Of a stretch of 64,000 nucleotides of DNA, positions 18,638-29,001 are shown in pieces. This stretch comes from Verrucomicrobiota bacterium (GTDB lineage Bacteria; Verrucomicrobiota; Verrucomicrobiia; Palsa-1439). Position 1 is the stretch's first letter; each line of letters begins with the position of its first letter. Under the pieces are notes generated by a model. That model was not told the DNA's origin and ran no database searches. It worked only from the letters and a program-made list of their open reading frames with translations. The DNA lies in assembly GCA_003164675.1 (NCBI GenBank), contig PLTX01000103.1:37951-101950 (forward strand), written 5' to 3'. A program made the translations under genes and the position numbers.

Positions 18638-19050
18638 TCAAACGGTTGATGCAAGTTTTGTTTGCCCTTTGGCCATCGTCCTGGCCGTGTCCGGCGTTTC
18701 CTTCAACTCGCGTTTCGGCAGCGTGAAGCAAAACGTCGTTCCCTATGCCAAACTTACCCTCCACTCAGATGCGCCCTCCGTGCCACTCTACCACGCGCTT
18801 GACGATGGTCAACCCAATCCCCGTCCCCTCGTCGTCGGGCTGCAACCATTGAAAAACCTGGAAGATCTTCTCGAAGTACTCCGCGTTGACGCCCATGCTG
18901 TTGTCGCGCACTTAAATGACATACTCGGGCTGTCCCGTCTGGGGGCTCGTCTTCTCCGTGCAGCCGACCTCGACCACCGGGTGCGGTTTGTCGTTGTACC
19001 TGATCCCCAACGAGCGCCGCTACTCCACCTTGTCCTGCTCGTCCGCTTCA
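18638..19050 (-). pseudogene. histidine kinase catalytic-domain remnant (multiple lesions)
   Basis: Minus-strand reading gives ...E*RRSLGIRYNDKPHPVVEVGCTEK...[60 protein letters not shown], then a frameshift, then TTFCFTLPKRELK. In-frame stops at 19020-19022, 18912-18914 and 18765-18767. Frameshift near 18735. No H-box remains upstream. Confidence 0.8.
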
Positions 19051-19131
19051 CGCCATGAAGGCACAGTCGTCATCACCACGACCGTCGCCAGTGTCATCGC
19101 GGCCATCCATGCGGCATAAAGCGCGGCCCGA

Positions 19132-19368
19132 TCAGGTTTTCCCTTCTTTGTTCGGGCTGGAAGGAGGTGGTGCCCACTTGAGAACAACGGTCTGGTCCTT
19201 CTCCGCGCAAGGGGCGCCGTCGGGTTGCGGATGCGGCGCTGGCTTCAGCGCTTGCCCGGGAACGGTCAGGTCCTTGGCACAGTTCGGACACGGAATGACA
19301 AGCCCGGCGCCAGCCCCATCGACCACTAGGTGTTGTCCGCACGATCCGCAGAAAAAGTAGATGTCGAT
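19132..19368 (-). pseudogene. zinc-ribbon family gene lacking a canonical start codon
   Basis: The frame reads IDIYFFCGSCGQHLVVDGAGAGLVIPCPNCAKDLTVPG. Intact paralogs start MDI-F-C, but here the corresponding codon is ATC. No ATG, GTG or TTG lies between the upstream stop (19462-19464) and the GTG at 19326, which falls inside the ribbon. Confidence 0.5.
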
Positions 19369-19569
19369 CGATCGTCCTCCGGTGCATCCTCTGACATCGG
19401 CCCAAATCTGCCGGGATATTACCAGCTTCAGGTTCCGGTGGCGAGAAAAGAAATCCGGGGTCTACCCAGCAGACAGTCTCCCCATTCGAAGCCAGGTAAC
19501 CGTTCTGACCGCCGAAGTTGACTCCAGTAGGACGCTGCGGGTAGAATTTAACTATCCAGTTAGTTAATT

Positions 19570-20217
19570 ATGTCAACCCGCACCCGTCCACCAACACATC
19601 GGCAGGCCCGCAGTGATAAAACGCGGGCAGCGATCCTGACGGCCGCCGAACGTGTCTTCGCGGAATCCGGCCTGGCCGGGGCCCGCACGGACGCCATCGC
19701 CGCCACGGCTGGCGTCAACAAGGCCCTGCTCTATTATTACTTTCAAAGCAAAGAGCGGTTGTACGAAGCCGTCGTCGAAAATCACCTCTTGGAATTCAAC
19801 CGCGCCGTGTTGGACGTGCTCACCGCCCCGGGCTCGCCGCGCACGATCCTGTTGCGCTACGTGAATTTGCACTTCGACTTCGTCAGCGCGCGCCATCGCC
19901 AGGCCCGGCTGTTCCATCAATTGATGACGAGCGGCGGCCAACCCATGCAACGACTGGTCCGCAAGCACTTCGCCCCGCGGAGCCGGGCCTTGCACCAATT
20001 GCTCGCGCGCGGGATGCGCGAAGGCGATTTCCGCCGGGTCGATCCGTTCCACATCTCGGTTTCCATCGTGGGCCTCATCGTCTTCTATTTCTCCGCGGCG
20101 CAGGTGTTGCAACTGCTCGGTCACACCGACGCCTACAGCGATGCCAACTTGAAACGACGCAAACAGGAAGTACTCGATTTCATCCGGTACGGCCTGTTCC
20201 TTCATCCGAGTCCCTGA
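19570..20217 (+). CDS. TetR-family transcriptional regulator
   Basis: N-terminal TetR HTH: RAAILTAAERVFAESGLAGARTDAIAATAGVNKALLYYYFQSKERLY. Confidence 0.9.
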   Translation: MSTRTRPPTHRQARSDKTRAAILTAAERVFAESGLAGARTDAIAATAGVNKALLYYYFQSKERLYEAVVENHLLEFNRAVLDVLTAPGSPRTILLRYVNLHFDFVSARHRQARLFHQLMTSGGQPMQRLVRKHFAPRSRALHQLLARGMREGDFRRVDPFHISVSIVGLIVFYFSAAQVLQLLGHTDAYSDANLKRRKQEVLDFIRYGLFLHPSP

Positions 20218-20218
20218 T

Positions 20219-21079
20219 ATGAAACGCAAACTTCCCATCCTGATCGTGATTCTGGCCGCCATCGGCGCTGTCTTCTACTACACCATGGCTCATCATCCTC
20301 GCGACATCGTTCTGACCGGTATCGTGACGACGGATGAGGTCATCGTCAGCTCCGAAATCCAGGGGCGGTTGCAACATCTGTTTGTCCAGGAGGGCGACGC
20401 GGTGACCAATGGCGAATTGCTGGCGGTAATCCAGCCCCAGGAACGGCAGGCCGATCTCGCGTTTTATTCGAGCAGCGAGAAGCAGGCCGTCGCGATGTTG
20501 GCCCAGGCCAAAGCCGACTTGGAAAACGCCCAGCTCAACTACCAGCGCGAGCAAAAACTGTACGCCACAGGGGCCGATTCGGAGCAGGCGTATGACGCGG
20601 CGCGGACGACTTGCGACTCCGCCAGGGCGCGCGTGGAAGCACTTGACCGGCAAATCCAGGCGGCCCGCGCCCAGCAGGATAAAGCCGGCGTGCAGTTGGG
20701 TTATACCGAGATCCACGCGCCAACCAACGGTATCGTGGACACGCGCGCGGCGTTGCAGGGCGAAGTCGTCAATCCCGGCCAGGGTATCGTCACGCTGATC
20801 AACCCCGACAACCTCTGGGTGCGCGCTGACGTGGAAGAGACATACATTGACCGGATTCGTCTCGGCGACAAATTCATGGTCCGATTGCCTTCCGGCGCGA
20901 CGCGGCAGGGAACGGTTTTTTACCGTAGCGTGGACGCCGATTACGCGACGCAACGGGACGTGAGCCGCACCAAGCGCGACATCAAAACCTTTGAAATCCG
21001 TCTTCGCTGCGACAACAGCGACCGCAGCCTGGCTGTGGGTATGACCGCTTACGTCCTTCTGCCGTTGGGGAAACCATAG
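20219..21079 (+). CDS. HlyD-family periplasmic adaptor
   Basis: N-terminal TM helix, a lipoyl-like segment (VQEGDAVTNGELLAVI), a coiled coil and a beta-barrel (APTNGIVDT). Confidence 0.85.
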   Translation: MKRKLPILIVILAAIGAVFYYTMAHHPRDIVLTGIVTTDEVIVSSEIQGRLQHLFVQEGDAVTNGELLAVIQPQERQADLAFYSSSEKQAVAMLAQAKADLENAQLNYQREQKLYATGADSEQAYDAARTTCDSARARVEALDRQIQAARAQQDKAGVQLGYTEIHAPTNGIVDTRAALQGEVVNPGQGIVTLINPDNLWVRADVEETYIDRIRLGDKFMVRLPSGATRQGTVFYRSVDADYATQRDVSRTKRDIKTFEIRLRCDNSDRSLAVGMTAYVLLPLGKP

Positions 21080-21081
21080 CC

Positions 21082-22071
21082 ATGTTCGATGTCGAGGTGG
21101 AAAAGTTAACGAAGTGCTTTGGCGATTTCTGCGCCGTCGACGCCCTCACGTTCAATGTCGAGCACGGCGAAATCTTCGGGTTGCTCGGCCCGAACGGCGC
21201 GGGCAAGTCCACCCTCATTCGCATGTTGACGACGCTCGTGCCGCCCACGTCGGGCACGGGGCGCATTTTTGGCTTCGACATCGTCCACGATGCCAACAAG
21301 GTGCGCCAGTCCATCGGTGTCATTCCCCAGGCGATGACGTCGGACCTCGACCTGACCGCCGAGGAGAACATGAGCATCTTCGCCAAGCTCTACAGCATTC
21401 CCCGCGACAAACGCCGTCGCACCATCCGCGAATTGCTGAAGGCCGTCGACCTCGAACAGTGGGCCGACAAACCGGTGAAAATGTTCTCCGGCGGAATGCG
21501 GCGGCGGCTGGAAATCGCCCGCGGCCTCGTGCACGAACCGAAGATCTTCTTTCTCGATGAGCCGACCACGGGGCTGGACCCCGTCTCGCGCGTCGCCGTG
21601 TGGGAAATGCTCTCCAGACTCAAACGAGAACGCGACCTGACCATTCTGGTCACGACCCATTACATGGACGAAGCCGACAAACTCTGCGACCGCATCGCCA
21701 TCGTGGACCACGGGAAACTGGTGGCGCTCGATTCGCCGCTGAAGCTCAAGGCTTCGATTCCCGGGAAGAACATCCTCGAAGTCAGTTTCTCGGAGATTCC
21801 GCCCGGCTGGGAGAACGTCCTGAAAGCGTTGCCCGAGGTCGCGGAAGTGAAGGGAGAAGACCACGTGTTCCGAATCTCCTCCAACAACGGCCCGCGCACG
21901 ACAACTGAATTGCTGGAATCTGCGCGGGCTGCCGGTGTCACCGTAACGTCCCTTTCCGTCCAGAGCACCACGCTGGATGACGTGTTTGTTCATTACACCG
22001 GGCATCAGTTGCGCGACGCGCTACAAGCACCGCCCGCCAGCAGCAGCCCGTTCATGCTCCCTCACAGGTAG
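21082..22071 (+). CDS. ABC transporter ATP-binding protein (DrrA-like)
   Basis: Walker A GPNGAGKST, signature FSGGMRRRL, Walker B IFFLDEPTTGLD. Confidence 0.92.
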   Translation: MFDVEVEKLTKCFGDFCAVDALTFNVEHGEIFGLLGPNGAGKSTLIRMLTTLVPPTSGTGRIFGFDIVHDANKVRQSIGVIPQAMTSDLDLTAEENMSIFAKLYSIPRDKRRRTIRELLKAVDLEQWADKPVKMFSGGMRRRLEIARGLVHEPKIFFLDEPTTGLDPVSRVAVWEMLSRLKRERDLTILVTTHYMDEADKLCDRIAIVDHGKLVALDSPLKLKASIPGKNILEVSFSEIPPGWENVLKALPEVAEVKGEDHVFRISSNNGPRTTTELLESARAAGVTVTSLSVQSTTLDDVFVHYTGHQLRDALQAPPASSSPFMLPHR

Positions 22072-22073
22072 CC

Positions 22074-23186
22074 ATGAATCGAATCTGGGCCATCATCGAA
22101 CGCGATCTCCGCCGCTTCCGGCGCAGCCCGACGTTAATCATCGTTTCCATGATCATGCCCCTGGTGCAACTGGTGGTGCTGGGCAACGCGTTCGGCGGCA
22201 AGATCAAGAACCTCAAGGTCGGCGTCGTCGATCAAGACCACGGCGTCCCCGCGGTGAAACTCAAGGAGATGTTTCAGGCCGTCGCGGCCAACGCGCGCAC
22301 GTTCGACACGATTCCCTATACCGACCAGGCGACCGCCCTGCGGGATTTGCGTGAAGGTCGGATCAACGGTGTCCTGAACATTCCGCCGAATTTCTCGCGT
22401 GAAACACTTGCCGGCGCTTCCCCGCGCATCGCCCTCGTCGAGGACAACACCGACCAGTTCTCGGCGACGGCGCTGGAGGGAACGCTCAATCAGTTGCTCG
22501 TGCCCTACAACTCGAAATCGATTCAGCCGCGCCTGACCCCGAACGCGACGTTATCCATCGTCGAGATCTATCCTTACGTTCCGTACATCCAGTTCCTTCT
22601 GCCGGGCACGATCGTGCTGGCGATTTTCGTTTCCGCCATGATCGGCGGCGGCATCATCTATATCGACGACAAGGCGCGCGGACTTCATGAAGGGTATCTC
22701 GTCACGCCCATTCGGAAGCTCGAACTGATCATGGGATTCAATCTCTCGGGCGCGATCAAGGCCGTCATCGCCGGGCTGGTCCTGGTGACCTGCGGCTCGA
22801 TCATCGCCGGGATTCCGGATCCGCTCAACATCCTGCGGCTGGCGCGGTTGTTGATCGTGGTGATGGCGACCGCTCTGGCGTTGATCAGCATGATGTTTCT
22901 CCTGATGGTGCGCGTGAACGACCCTCTGGTGCCGCGGGCCATCTTCGGCGTGCTGAATACCGTCCTGTTTTTCCCCAGCGGCGCGGTCTACCCGACCCAG
23001 TCGTTCCCCGCCTGGATGAAAGTGATTACGACGGTTGATCCGATGACCTACGCCGTGCACGGTTTCAAGGAACTCATCCTCAAAAAAACGGGGTTGCTGG
23101 CCATCAGCTACGACATTGCGTATCTGCTGGGGTTTGCCGTGCTCACCATGGCCGCCGCGACGCTCCTGTTCCGCCGAACCTTGTGA
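22074..23186 (+). CDS. ABC-2 type transporter permease
   Basis: 370-aa polytopic protein immediately downstream of the ATPase, with an ABC-2 layout (large first loop, then six C-terminal helices). Confidence 0.85.
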   Translation: MNRIWAIIERDLRRFRRSPTLIIVSMIMPLVQLVVLGNAFGGKIKNLKVGVVDQDHGVPAVKLKEMFQAVAANARTFDTIPYTDQATALRDLREGRINGVLNIPPNFSRETLAGASPRIALVEDNTDQFSATALEGTLNQLLVPYNSKSIQPRLTPNATLSIVEIYPYVPYIQFLLPGTIVLAIFVSAMIGGGIIYIDDKARGLHEGYLVTPIRKLELIMGFNLSGAIKAVIAGLVLVTCGSIIAGIPDPLNILRLARLLIVVMATALALISMMFLLMVRVNDPLVPRAIFGVLNTVLFFPSGAVYPTQSFPAWMKVITTVDPMTYAVHGFKELILKKTGLLAISYDIAYLLGFAVLTMAAATLLFRRTL

Positions 23187-23329
23187 GGCAATCTTCTGAC
23201 CCCGGTGCTCGCGGCGCAGCTGAGCAGACACTCGCCGCGCCACTCGAAGCCACGCGCACAACGATCCTCCTGCCGTGCCCGCCTCGACTTCTTCCGCAAT
23301 GAGGACTATGCTTACCGCACCAAAACAAC

Positions 23330-25414
23330 ATGAAGACGGTAAAACTCCAAGTCGACGGCATGTCGTGCGCGAGTTGCGCCAGGGCGGTGGAGAAAGCGCT
23401 CGGCGCCGTGCCCGGAGTGGAGAAAGCATCCGTCAATTTCGTTTCGAAGACCGCCTTGATTGACCTGTCAGACGCCCAGACCGCCGGGCGATCGCTGATT
23501 GATGCCGTCAAGCGCGCGGGATACAGCGCGCGTCCTCCCGCAAAGAACCGGGACGCCGAAGAAGACCGCGCGGCGCGCCTCGCGCTCGTCAAAGTCACCG
23601 GCACGGGCGCATTGCTCTTCATCGGTTGGCTCCTGGGCGCGACCAACCTTGTGCCGACATCCGTTTCGACCGTGATGGTGATCGTCGCGCTGGTTCTCGG
23701 CGCGTATCCGATTTGTCTTCGCGCCATGAAGGCGCTGTTCGCAAAACGGCTCGACGCCGACGTGCTTGTGGCCGTGGCCGTCATCGCCGCGTCATCTGTG
23801 GGCGAGTTTGTGGCCGCGGGCGAGGTCGCGTTCATCATGTTGCTCGGGGCGCGACTCGAAGACTACACCGTGCGCCGCGCCCGGCGTTCGTTGGGGGGGG
23901 TGCTGTCGCTGGTGCCAGCCAACGCTCGCGTGCGCCGCGATGGGAAGGAAGAGGTTGTCCCTGCGTCCGAGTTGCAGGTTGGCGACGTCGTGGTTGTCCG
24001 CGCTGGTGAACGCGTTCCCGTGGACGGCATGGTGCGAAGCGGGATGGCGTCGGTGAATCAGGCGCCCGTGACGGGCGAGAGCATGCCCGTGGACAAGAGC
24101 GAGGGCGATGAGGTGTTCGTCGGCACGCTGGCGGAAACGGGGGCGCTGATCGTCGAAGCGCGGCGGGTGGGCGAAGACACGACCCTGGCGCGCATCGCGC
24201 AATTGGTCGAACAGGCCCAGCAACGCGAAGCGCCGATCCAACGCACGCTCGACCGCCTGGCGGGCTGGCTCGTGCCTGCGATGCTTGCGCTGTCCGCACT
24301 GGTTTTTGTTTTCACCCACGACACGGCGCGGGCGATCACGGTGTTGATTGTTGCCTGCCCGTGCGCCCTGATTCTGGCCACACCGACCGCCATAATGGCG
24401 GCCATTGCCCGCGCCGCGCGCGCGGGCGTGCTGATCAAAGGCGGACAATACCTCGAAGCGACCGCGCGCCTGCACACCATTGTCTTCGACAAGACCGGCA
24501 CGCTCACCCATGGCGAACCCGAGGTCACACACGTCAGCCGCTTTGATGAACATAGCGAAACGGAGCTTGTCGCCATTGCCGCCGTCGCCGAGAAAATGAG
24601 CGCGCATCCCGTCGCCCGCGCCATCCTGCGCAAGGCTGCGGCGCTGGGGCTATCGACCGCCGACCCATCCCAATTTCAAGCGCACCATGGCCGCGGCGTC
24701 GTCGCCGAGCGCAATGGCCAGAAGCTGGTCGTCGGCCAGACGGGATTGATGAACGATCAATCGGTGCCCATGAGCGATGCGCTGCAAGCGCACGTCGCTG
24801 AGCATCACGATGAAGGGCACACCACCGTCATGGTCGCGCACGACGGCAAGGTCTGCGGCACGATTTGCGTGTCCGATACCATCCGCGCGCGCGCCGACGA
24901 AGCGATACGCGACCTGCGCGGCCTCGGCGTGGAAAAGGTTGTCATGCTCACGGGCGACAACCACCGCGTCGCCATGCAGATTGCCGGCAAACTGGGTCTC
25001 GACGAAGTCAAAGCGGACGTGCTTCCTGAACAGAAAGCCGAGCACATCGAATCGTTGAAGCGACCGGGCCGCGCCGGTGTCGCCATGGTCGGCGACGGTA
25101 TCAACGACGCGCCCGCCCTCGCGGTCGCCGATGTCGGCATCGCGATGGGCGTGAGCGGCACCGACGTCGCTCACGAAGCCGCGGACATCGCGCTCATGGC
25201 CGACGACCTCTCGAAGATCGCGTTCGCGGTCGGCCTGAGCCGTCACACGTTGTGGATCATCAAACAGGGGCTGATCTTCGCGCTCGTGTACAACGTCACG
25301 ATGATCACGCTAGCTTCCATCGGCCACCTCCACATGATCGGCGGCGCCATCGCCCACCAGTTCAGCAGCGTTATTGTGGTTCTGAATGCAATGCGGTTAC
25401 TGAGGTACAAGTAA
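23330..25414 (+). CDS. heavy-metal translocating P1B-type ATPase
   Basis: HMA domain GMSCASCARAVEKAL, CPC motif VACPCAL, phosphorylation site DKTGTLT, and GDGINDAPAL. Confidence 0.93.
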   Translation: MKTVKLQVDGMSCASCARAVEKALGAVPGVEKASVNFVSKTALIDLSDAQTAGRSLIDAVKRAGYSARPPAKNRDAEEDRAARLALVKVTGTGALLFIGWLLGATNLVPTSVSTVMVIVALVLGAYPICLRAMKALFAKRLDADVLVAVAVIAASSVGEFVAAGEVAFIMLLGARLEDYTVRRARRSLGGVLSLVPANARVRRDGKEEVVPASELQVGDVVVVRAGERVPVDGMVRSGMASVNQAPVTGESMPVDKSEGDEVFVGTLAETGALIVEARRVGEDTTLARIAQLVEQAQQREAPIQRTLDRLAGWLVPAMLALSALVFVFTHDTARAITVLIVACPCALILATPTAIMAAIARAARAGVLIKGGQYLEATARLHTIVFDKTGTLTHGEPEVTHVSRFDEHSETELVAIAAVAEKMSAHPVARAILRKAAALGLSTADPSQFQAHHGRGVVAERNGQKLVVGQTGLMNDQSVPMSDALQAHVAEHHDEGHTTVMVAHDGKVCGTICVSDTIRARADEAIRDLRGLGVEKVVMLTGDNHRVAMQIAGKLGLDEVKADVLPEQKAEHIESLKRPGRAGVAMVGDGINDAPALAVADVGIAMGVSGTDVAHEAADIALMADDLSKIAFAVGLSRHTLWIIKQGLIFALVYNVTMITLASIGHLHMIGGAIAHQFSSVIVVLNAMRLLRYK

Positions 25415-25613
25415 CCGGCGCGGTCAAGAGACCCGCGCCAAGTGGGGGCCAGGTTCCTGCGTTTTGGATAGCCGCCAGCGCCAATAGACGACGAATACAC
25501 CCGTTGCCCGCGCCGGGAGTACAAATAAAGGATATCTCACGAACCACTCCGCCGAATTTCCCCAACCTTCGGGCGTCCAGTGATTCAGTGCGAATATTAA
25601 GACTGCGAACCGT

Positions 25614-26150
25614 CTACGCCGACGGCGGCGCGCTCGGGCTTTGGCGGACGCGGATGATCATCTTTTTCATGCCGGCTTCGTCGCCTTCACCTTCACTAAT
25701 GGCTTCGAGCTCGCGGTCCTTCTCCATGTGCTGGTGAATCACGCGGCGGTCGAACGCGTTGAATGGTCCGATCTTCACGGCATCACCCCAGCGCCGCACC
25801 TTATCGGCGGCTTCGAGGACCTTTTTGAGAGTGTCGTCGCGCTGGCGTTCGCGGTAACGTTCGCAATCGACGATTACGCGCGGGGCTTCGGGATTGCCCC
25901 GTTGCAGAATGCGGTTGAGCAAAAACTGTAACTGGCTGAGGGTCTGGCCGTGTTTGCCGATGAGGCGGCCGGGTTCGACGGTCGCGATGTGCAACAGCGT
26001 CGAGCCATCCATGTTGAACACCTCGACCTTGGTCTGGAGGTCGAGGCCATCCAGCATCTTTTGTAACACTTCGCGGGGATCGGGCGCTGGACCGGCGGGA
26101 ACAGATGACAATGGTGCAGGTGAGGTTGCGGCTGGTGTCTCAGTTTCCAT
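25614..26150 (-). CDS. jag: Jag/KhpB-type KH-R3H RNA-binding protein
   Basis: KH-like segment (LIGKHGQTLSQLQFLLN) and an R3H-like C-terminus (AFDRRVIHQHME). Conserved position downstream of yidC. Confidence 0.8.
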   Translation of the reverse strand: METETPAATSPAPLSSVPAGPAPDPREVLQKMLDGLDLQTKVEVFNMDGSTLLHIATVEPGRLIGKHGQTLSQLQFLLNRILQRGNPEAPRVIVDCERYRERQRDDTLKKVLEAADKVRRWGDAVKIGPFNAFDRRVIHQHMEKDRELEAISEGEGDEAGMKKMIIRVRQSPSAPPSA

Positions 26151-26266
26151 AACTGTGCTCCTGTGCTTTGGGCGTTCGGCCTTCCCTCACGTGGGGCAAA
26201 CCCCGATTCACCCGGGGTAAAGCTACGACGCCTGTTGATGCCAAGTTGTGTAGTATTGTACCGAAA

Positions 26267-27958
26267 TTATTTCCCTTTTCCAGCCGGGAATGCGGGCGCC
26301 GGGGTGGCGTCATCTCTCCGCTGGCGCATACTGTGCCATTGCTGAAGGACCGAGAGCAATTGCTGCAACGTGTAATACAGCGTCAGCCCCGCCGCCAGTT
26401 TGTAAAAGAAAAACAGCATCATCACCGGCATGAACATCATCATCTTCTGTTGTTGCGGGTCGCCGCCCGTCGGCGTCAATTTCTGCTGGAAAAACGTCCC
26501 GGCTGTCATCGCCAAGGGCAGCGGATTGATTGGCAGACCTGCGACGGAAAAGATCGTATCCGGCTGCGACAAATCGTGGATCCAGAGGAACGACGCGCCA
26601 CGAAGCGCGATGGCGTTGAGCAGCACGCGGTAAAACGCGATGAGCACCGGCAGTTGCACCAGCATGGGCAGACAGCCGGAAAACGGGTTGATCTTGTGCT
26701 CCTTGTACAACTTCATCATCTCCGTATTCAGCTTCTGCGGGTCGTCCTTGTACTTCTCCCGCAGCTTGTTCATCAGCGGCTGGAATTTCTGCATCGCCTT
26801 CATCGACTGGATGCTCTTCGCCTGGATCGGCCAAAAGATGATCTTTAGTGCGATGGTCACGAGGACAATGGCAACTCCGTAATTGGGAATCAGTCGGTAG
26901 AAGAAATTCAGGCTGTGCACCAGCATGACCCCAAACAGACCCGAGTAGAAATCCATCGGGGTTCCAAAATCCATCAACTCTTCCTGGTGCTTGCCCAACG
27001 CCGCCAGACGGTTGTAGTCCTTCGGCCCGGCGTACCAGGTGAATGCGCACGAGGCGCTGCCATCCGCCCCCCGCGTCAGGGGCACGTCGGCCGCCGCGGT
27101 CACCCCGCGGACAACCGGTGGCCGGTCCGTCGGCGACAGGTCCACGGTCCCGTACGTCACCCCCGTCACATTGTTCGTTGGCGACAACACCATCGTGAAA
27201 TACTGGCTCTTGACCGCGATCCATCCGGCGGAGATGTCCTCGTGCGGTTTGCCGGCTTTCACCCGATCCGCCACGCGCGGCAGCGTGCGATTGCGAAACT
27301 TCGACGCGCCTTCCCAATCCACTACCAGATAGCTGGGGATCTCGCGGGATTGCGCGGGCGCCGCCGTGCCGATCACCACGCTGACCGCGGAGGGCGCCAG
27401 AGTCGCTGGCATCCGGATGTTGGCGGCAATGAGATAGTCGTTGCCGAGAGTAAAGGTTTTGACAAGGCCACTGGCGCTGCGCGACTGGACAGTCTTCGCG
27501 TCCACCGCCTGGACAGCGAACACATCGTTGCTTCCCGCGCCTGCCACGCCGACCAAACATAATGCGGGCACCAATCCCGCACCGTTCAGGGTCTCGACCT
27601 CGTTGCTGTTGCCCTTGTGCTGAAGCAATTCGACCGAGCGCACGCCGCCACCCCAGCTTGTGAAGTCCACCCGCATGAATTCATTGTTGAGCGTGACGAT
27701 CTGCTCGGGCGACCGCGGCTGTTCGGACTGCGCCGGTGCCGGCGGCGCCGATCCAATGGTTTGTCCGCCCGGCGTGGGAGCAGGAGCTTCCGCCGGGGGC
27801 GGAACCGCGTTCGTCGCATTCGTCGCGGGCGCCGCAGGCGCTGCCAATCGGTGAAGTGGCTTCGGCTTCGGCGGATACATCTTGTTGATCACCGCCTGCG
27901 ACGCGATGAGCGCGATGATACAACCGACCACAATCAGAATTGTCTTCTTGTCCATCAT
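26267..27958 (-). CDS. yidC: membrane protein insertase YidC
   Basis: 563 aa with a large periplasmic domain. Conserved C-terminal core ([50 protein letters not shown]). Confidence 0.93.
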   Translation of the reverse strand: MMDKKTILIVVGCIIALIASQAVINKMYPPKPKPLHRLAAPAAPATNATNAVPPPAEAPAPTPGGQTIGSAPPAPAQSEQPRSPEQIVTLNNEFMRVDFTSWGGGVRSVELLQHKGNSNEVETLNGAGLVPALCLVGVAGAGSNDVFAVQAVDAKTVQSRSASGLVKTFTLGNDYLIAANIRMPATLAPSAVSVVIGTAAPAQSREIPSYLVVDWEGASKFRNRTLPRVADRVKAGKPHEDISAGWIAVKSQYFTMVLSPTNNVTGVTYGTVDLSPTDRPPVVRGVTAAADVPLTRGADGSASCAFTWYAGPKDYNRLAALGKHQEELMDFGTPMDFYSGLFGVMLVHSLNFFYRLIPNYGVAIVLVTIALKIIFWPIQAKSIQSMKAMQKFQPLMNKLREKYKDDPQKLNTEMMKLYKEHKINPFSGCLPMLVQLPVLIAFYRVLLNAIALRGASFLWIHDLSQPDTIFSVAGLPINPLPLAMTAGTFFQQKLTPTGGDPQQQKMMMFMPVMMLFFFYKLAAGLTLYYTLQQLLSVLQQWHSMRQRRDDATPAPAFPAGKGK

Positions 27959-28197
27959 CGGTCAGGCACCGGATCAAATCCGCCTTCGTGAAATGGGTGG
28001 CAACGGCCCAGTCGTCTCATCGTCAGCCACAGGCCGCGCACGCAACCGTGTTTCTCGACCGCCTCGCGGGCATAGCACGAACAGGTGGGATAAAATCGGC
28101 AGCAGCCGCCCGTCAGCGGCGGGGCGGGCAGCAGCGTCTTCAGCGGCGACAGATAGCGATAGAGTCGCAGCAGGAATAAGAGTAAGCGTTTGATCAC
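27955..28197 (-). CDS. yidD: membrane protein insertion efficiency factor YidD
   Basis: [19 protein letters not shown]...[21 protein letters not shown]-type overlaps with both neighbours. Confidence 0.9.
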   Translation of the reverse strand: MIKRLLLFLLRLYRYLSPLKTLLPAPPLTGGCCRFYPTCSCYAREAVEKHGCVRGLWLTMRRLGRCHPFHEGGFDPVPDR

Positions 28198-28592
28198 GTC
28201 TCGTTGAGGATGCCCGCCGCGCGGAACAATCGCAGCAATTCCGCCTCCACCTCTTGCCGCCGCTTGCCGTTAATGGCGCTCCGGGCAACCATCACCATCT
28301 GTAAATTATCATTGAGCTTCTGTTTGTTCAGCCGATACGCCTCGCGCAACAGCCGCCGGGCGCGATTGCGAGTCACCGCATTGCCGACCTTGCGGCTCGT
28401 CACCACCCCCACAGCACGCGACGCCCGTCCCGTTGCCATGGGCCTCTCTGGCGGACCATCGACCACGTAGAGCACAAACAGTTTGCCGACAAACTTGCGT
28501 CCGTGTTCATACGCATGCCGAAACTGCGAACCACGCTTGAGTCGCTCGCTTTTCGGTAATGTGTTGCCGCCATGCAACCCGGCCTCCGTCAA
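28194..28592 (-). CDS. rnpA: ribonuclease P protein component
   Basis: [22 protein letters not shown]... and [12 protein letters not shown] (RNR motif). Located between rpmH and yidD. Confidence 0.88.
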   Translation of the reverse strand: MTEAGLHGGNTLPKSERLKRGSQFRHAYEHGRKFVGKLFVLYVVDGPPERPMATGRASRAVGVVTSRKVGNAVTRNRARRLLREAYRLNKQKLNDNLQMVMVARSAINGKRRQEVEAELLRLFRAAGILNET

Positions 28593-28613
28593 GACGCCGC
28601 AACGGCCCGCATC

Positions 28614-28748
28614 CTACACGGAAAGGCGCTTGCGTCCCTTGCGCCGACGCCGACTCAAGGTTCCGCGGCCACTCTTCGTGCGCGTCCGTTTCAAAAATCC
28701 GAATCTTCGTTGCCGCCGAATTTTGGACGGCTGATATGTCCGTTTCAT
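28614..28748 (-). CDS. rpmH: 50S ribosomal protein L34
   Basis: Not in the ORF track (44 aa). Manual translation: [44 protein letters not shown], stop TAG at 28614-28616. Confidence 0.93.
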   Translation of the reverse strand: MKRTYQPSKIRRQRRFGFLKRTRTKSGRGTLSRRRRKGRKRLSV

Positions 28749-29001
28749 GTGTCTGCCCCGTTTTGGGGAAGGCGCATCATAGCAGGCGTCACTCGATTGT
28801 CAACCATCGGGGAAAACCGCTGGATGCGAAGGACTTCAAGGTCGCCCATTCACGGATGGAACGCGCCTCGGCGCCTTCGATCACCGTGTGGACCGCAGCT
28901 TTGAGCCACTAAAAAAACGCGTTTCCAACCGACGCTGACAGGCGCCTGCGTCACCCCGCAGGGTCGCGCTGGCACACAATGCGCTATTTACCCTGTCAGC
29001 T

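Noticed and set aside
28749-29001. Possible oriC or DnaA boxes next to rpmH.
   Set aside because: Only one weak partial match (TGTGGAcc) to TTATCCACA/TGTGGATAA was seen. There is no box cluster or AT-rich unwinding element, and dnaA is absent from the window.
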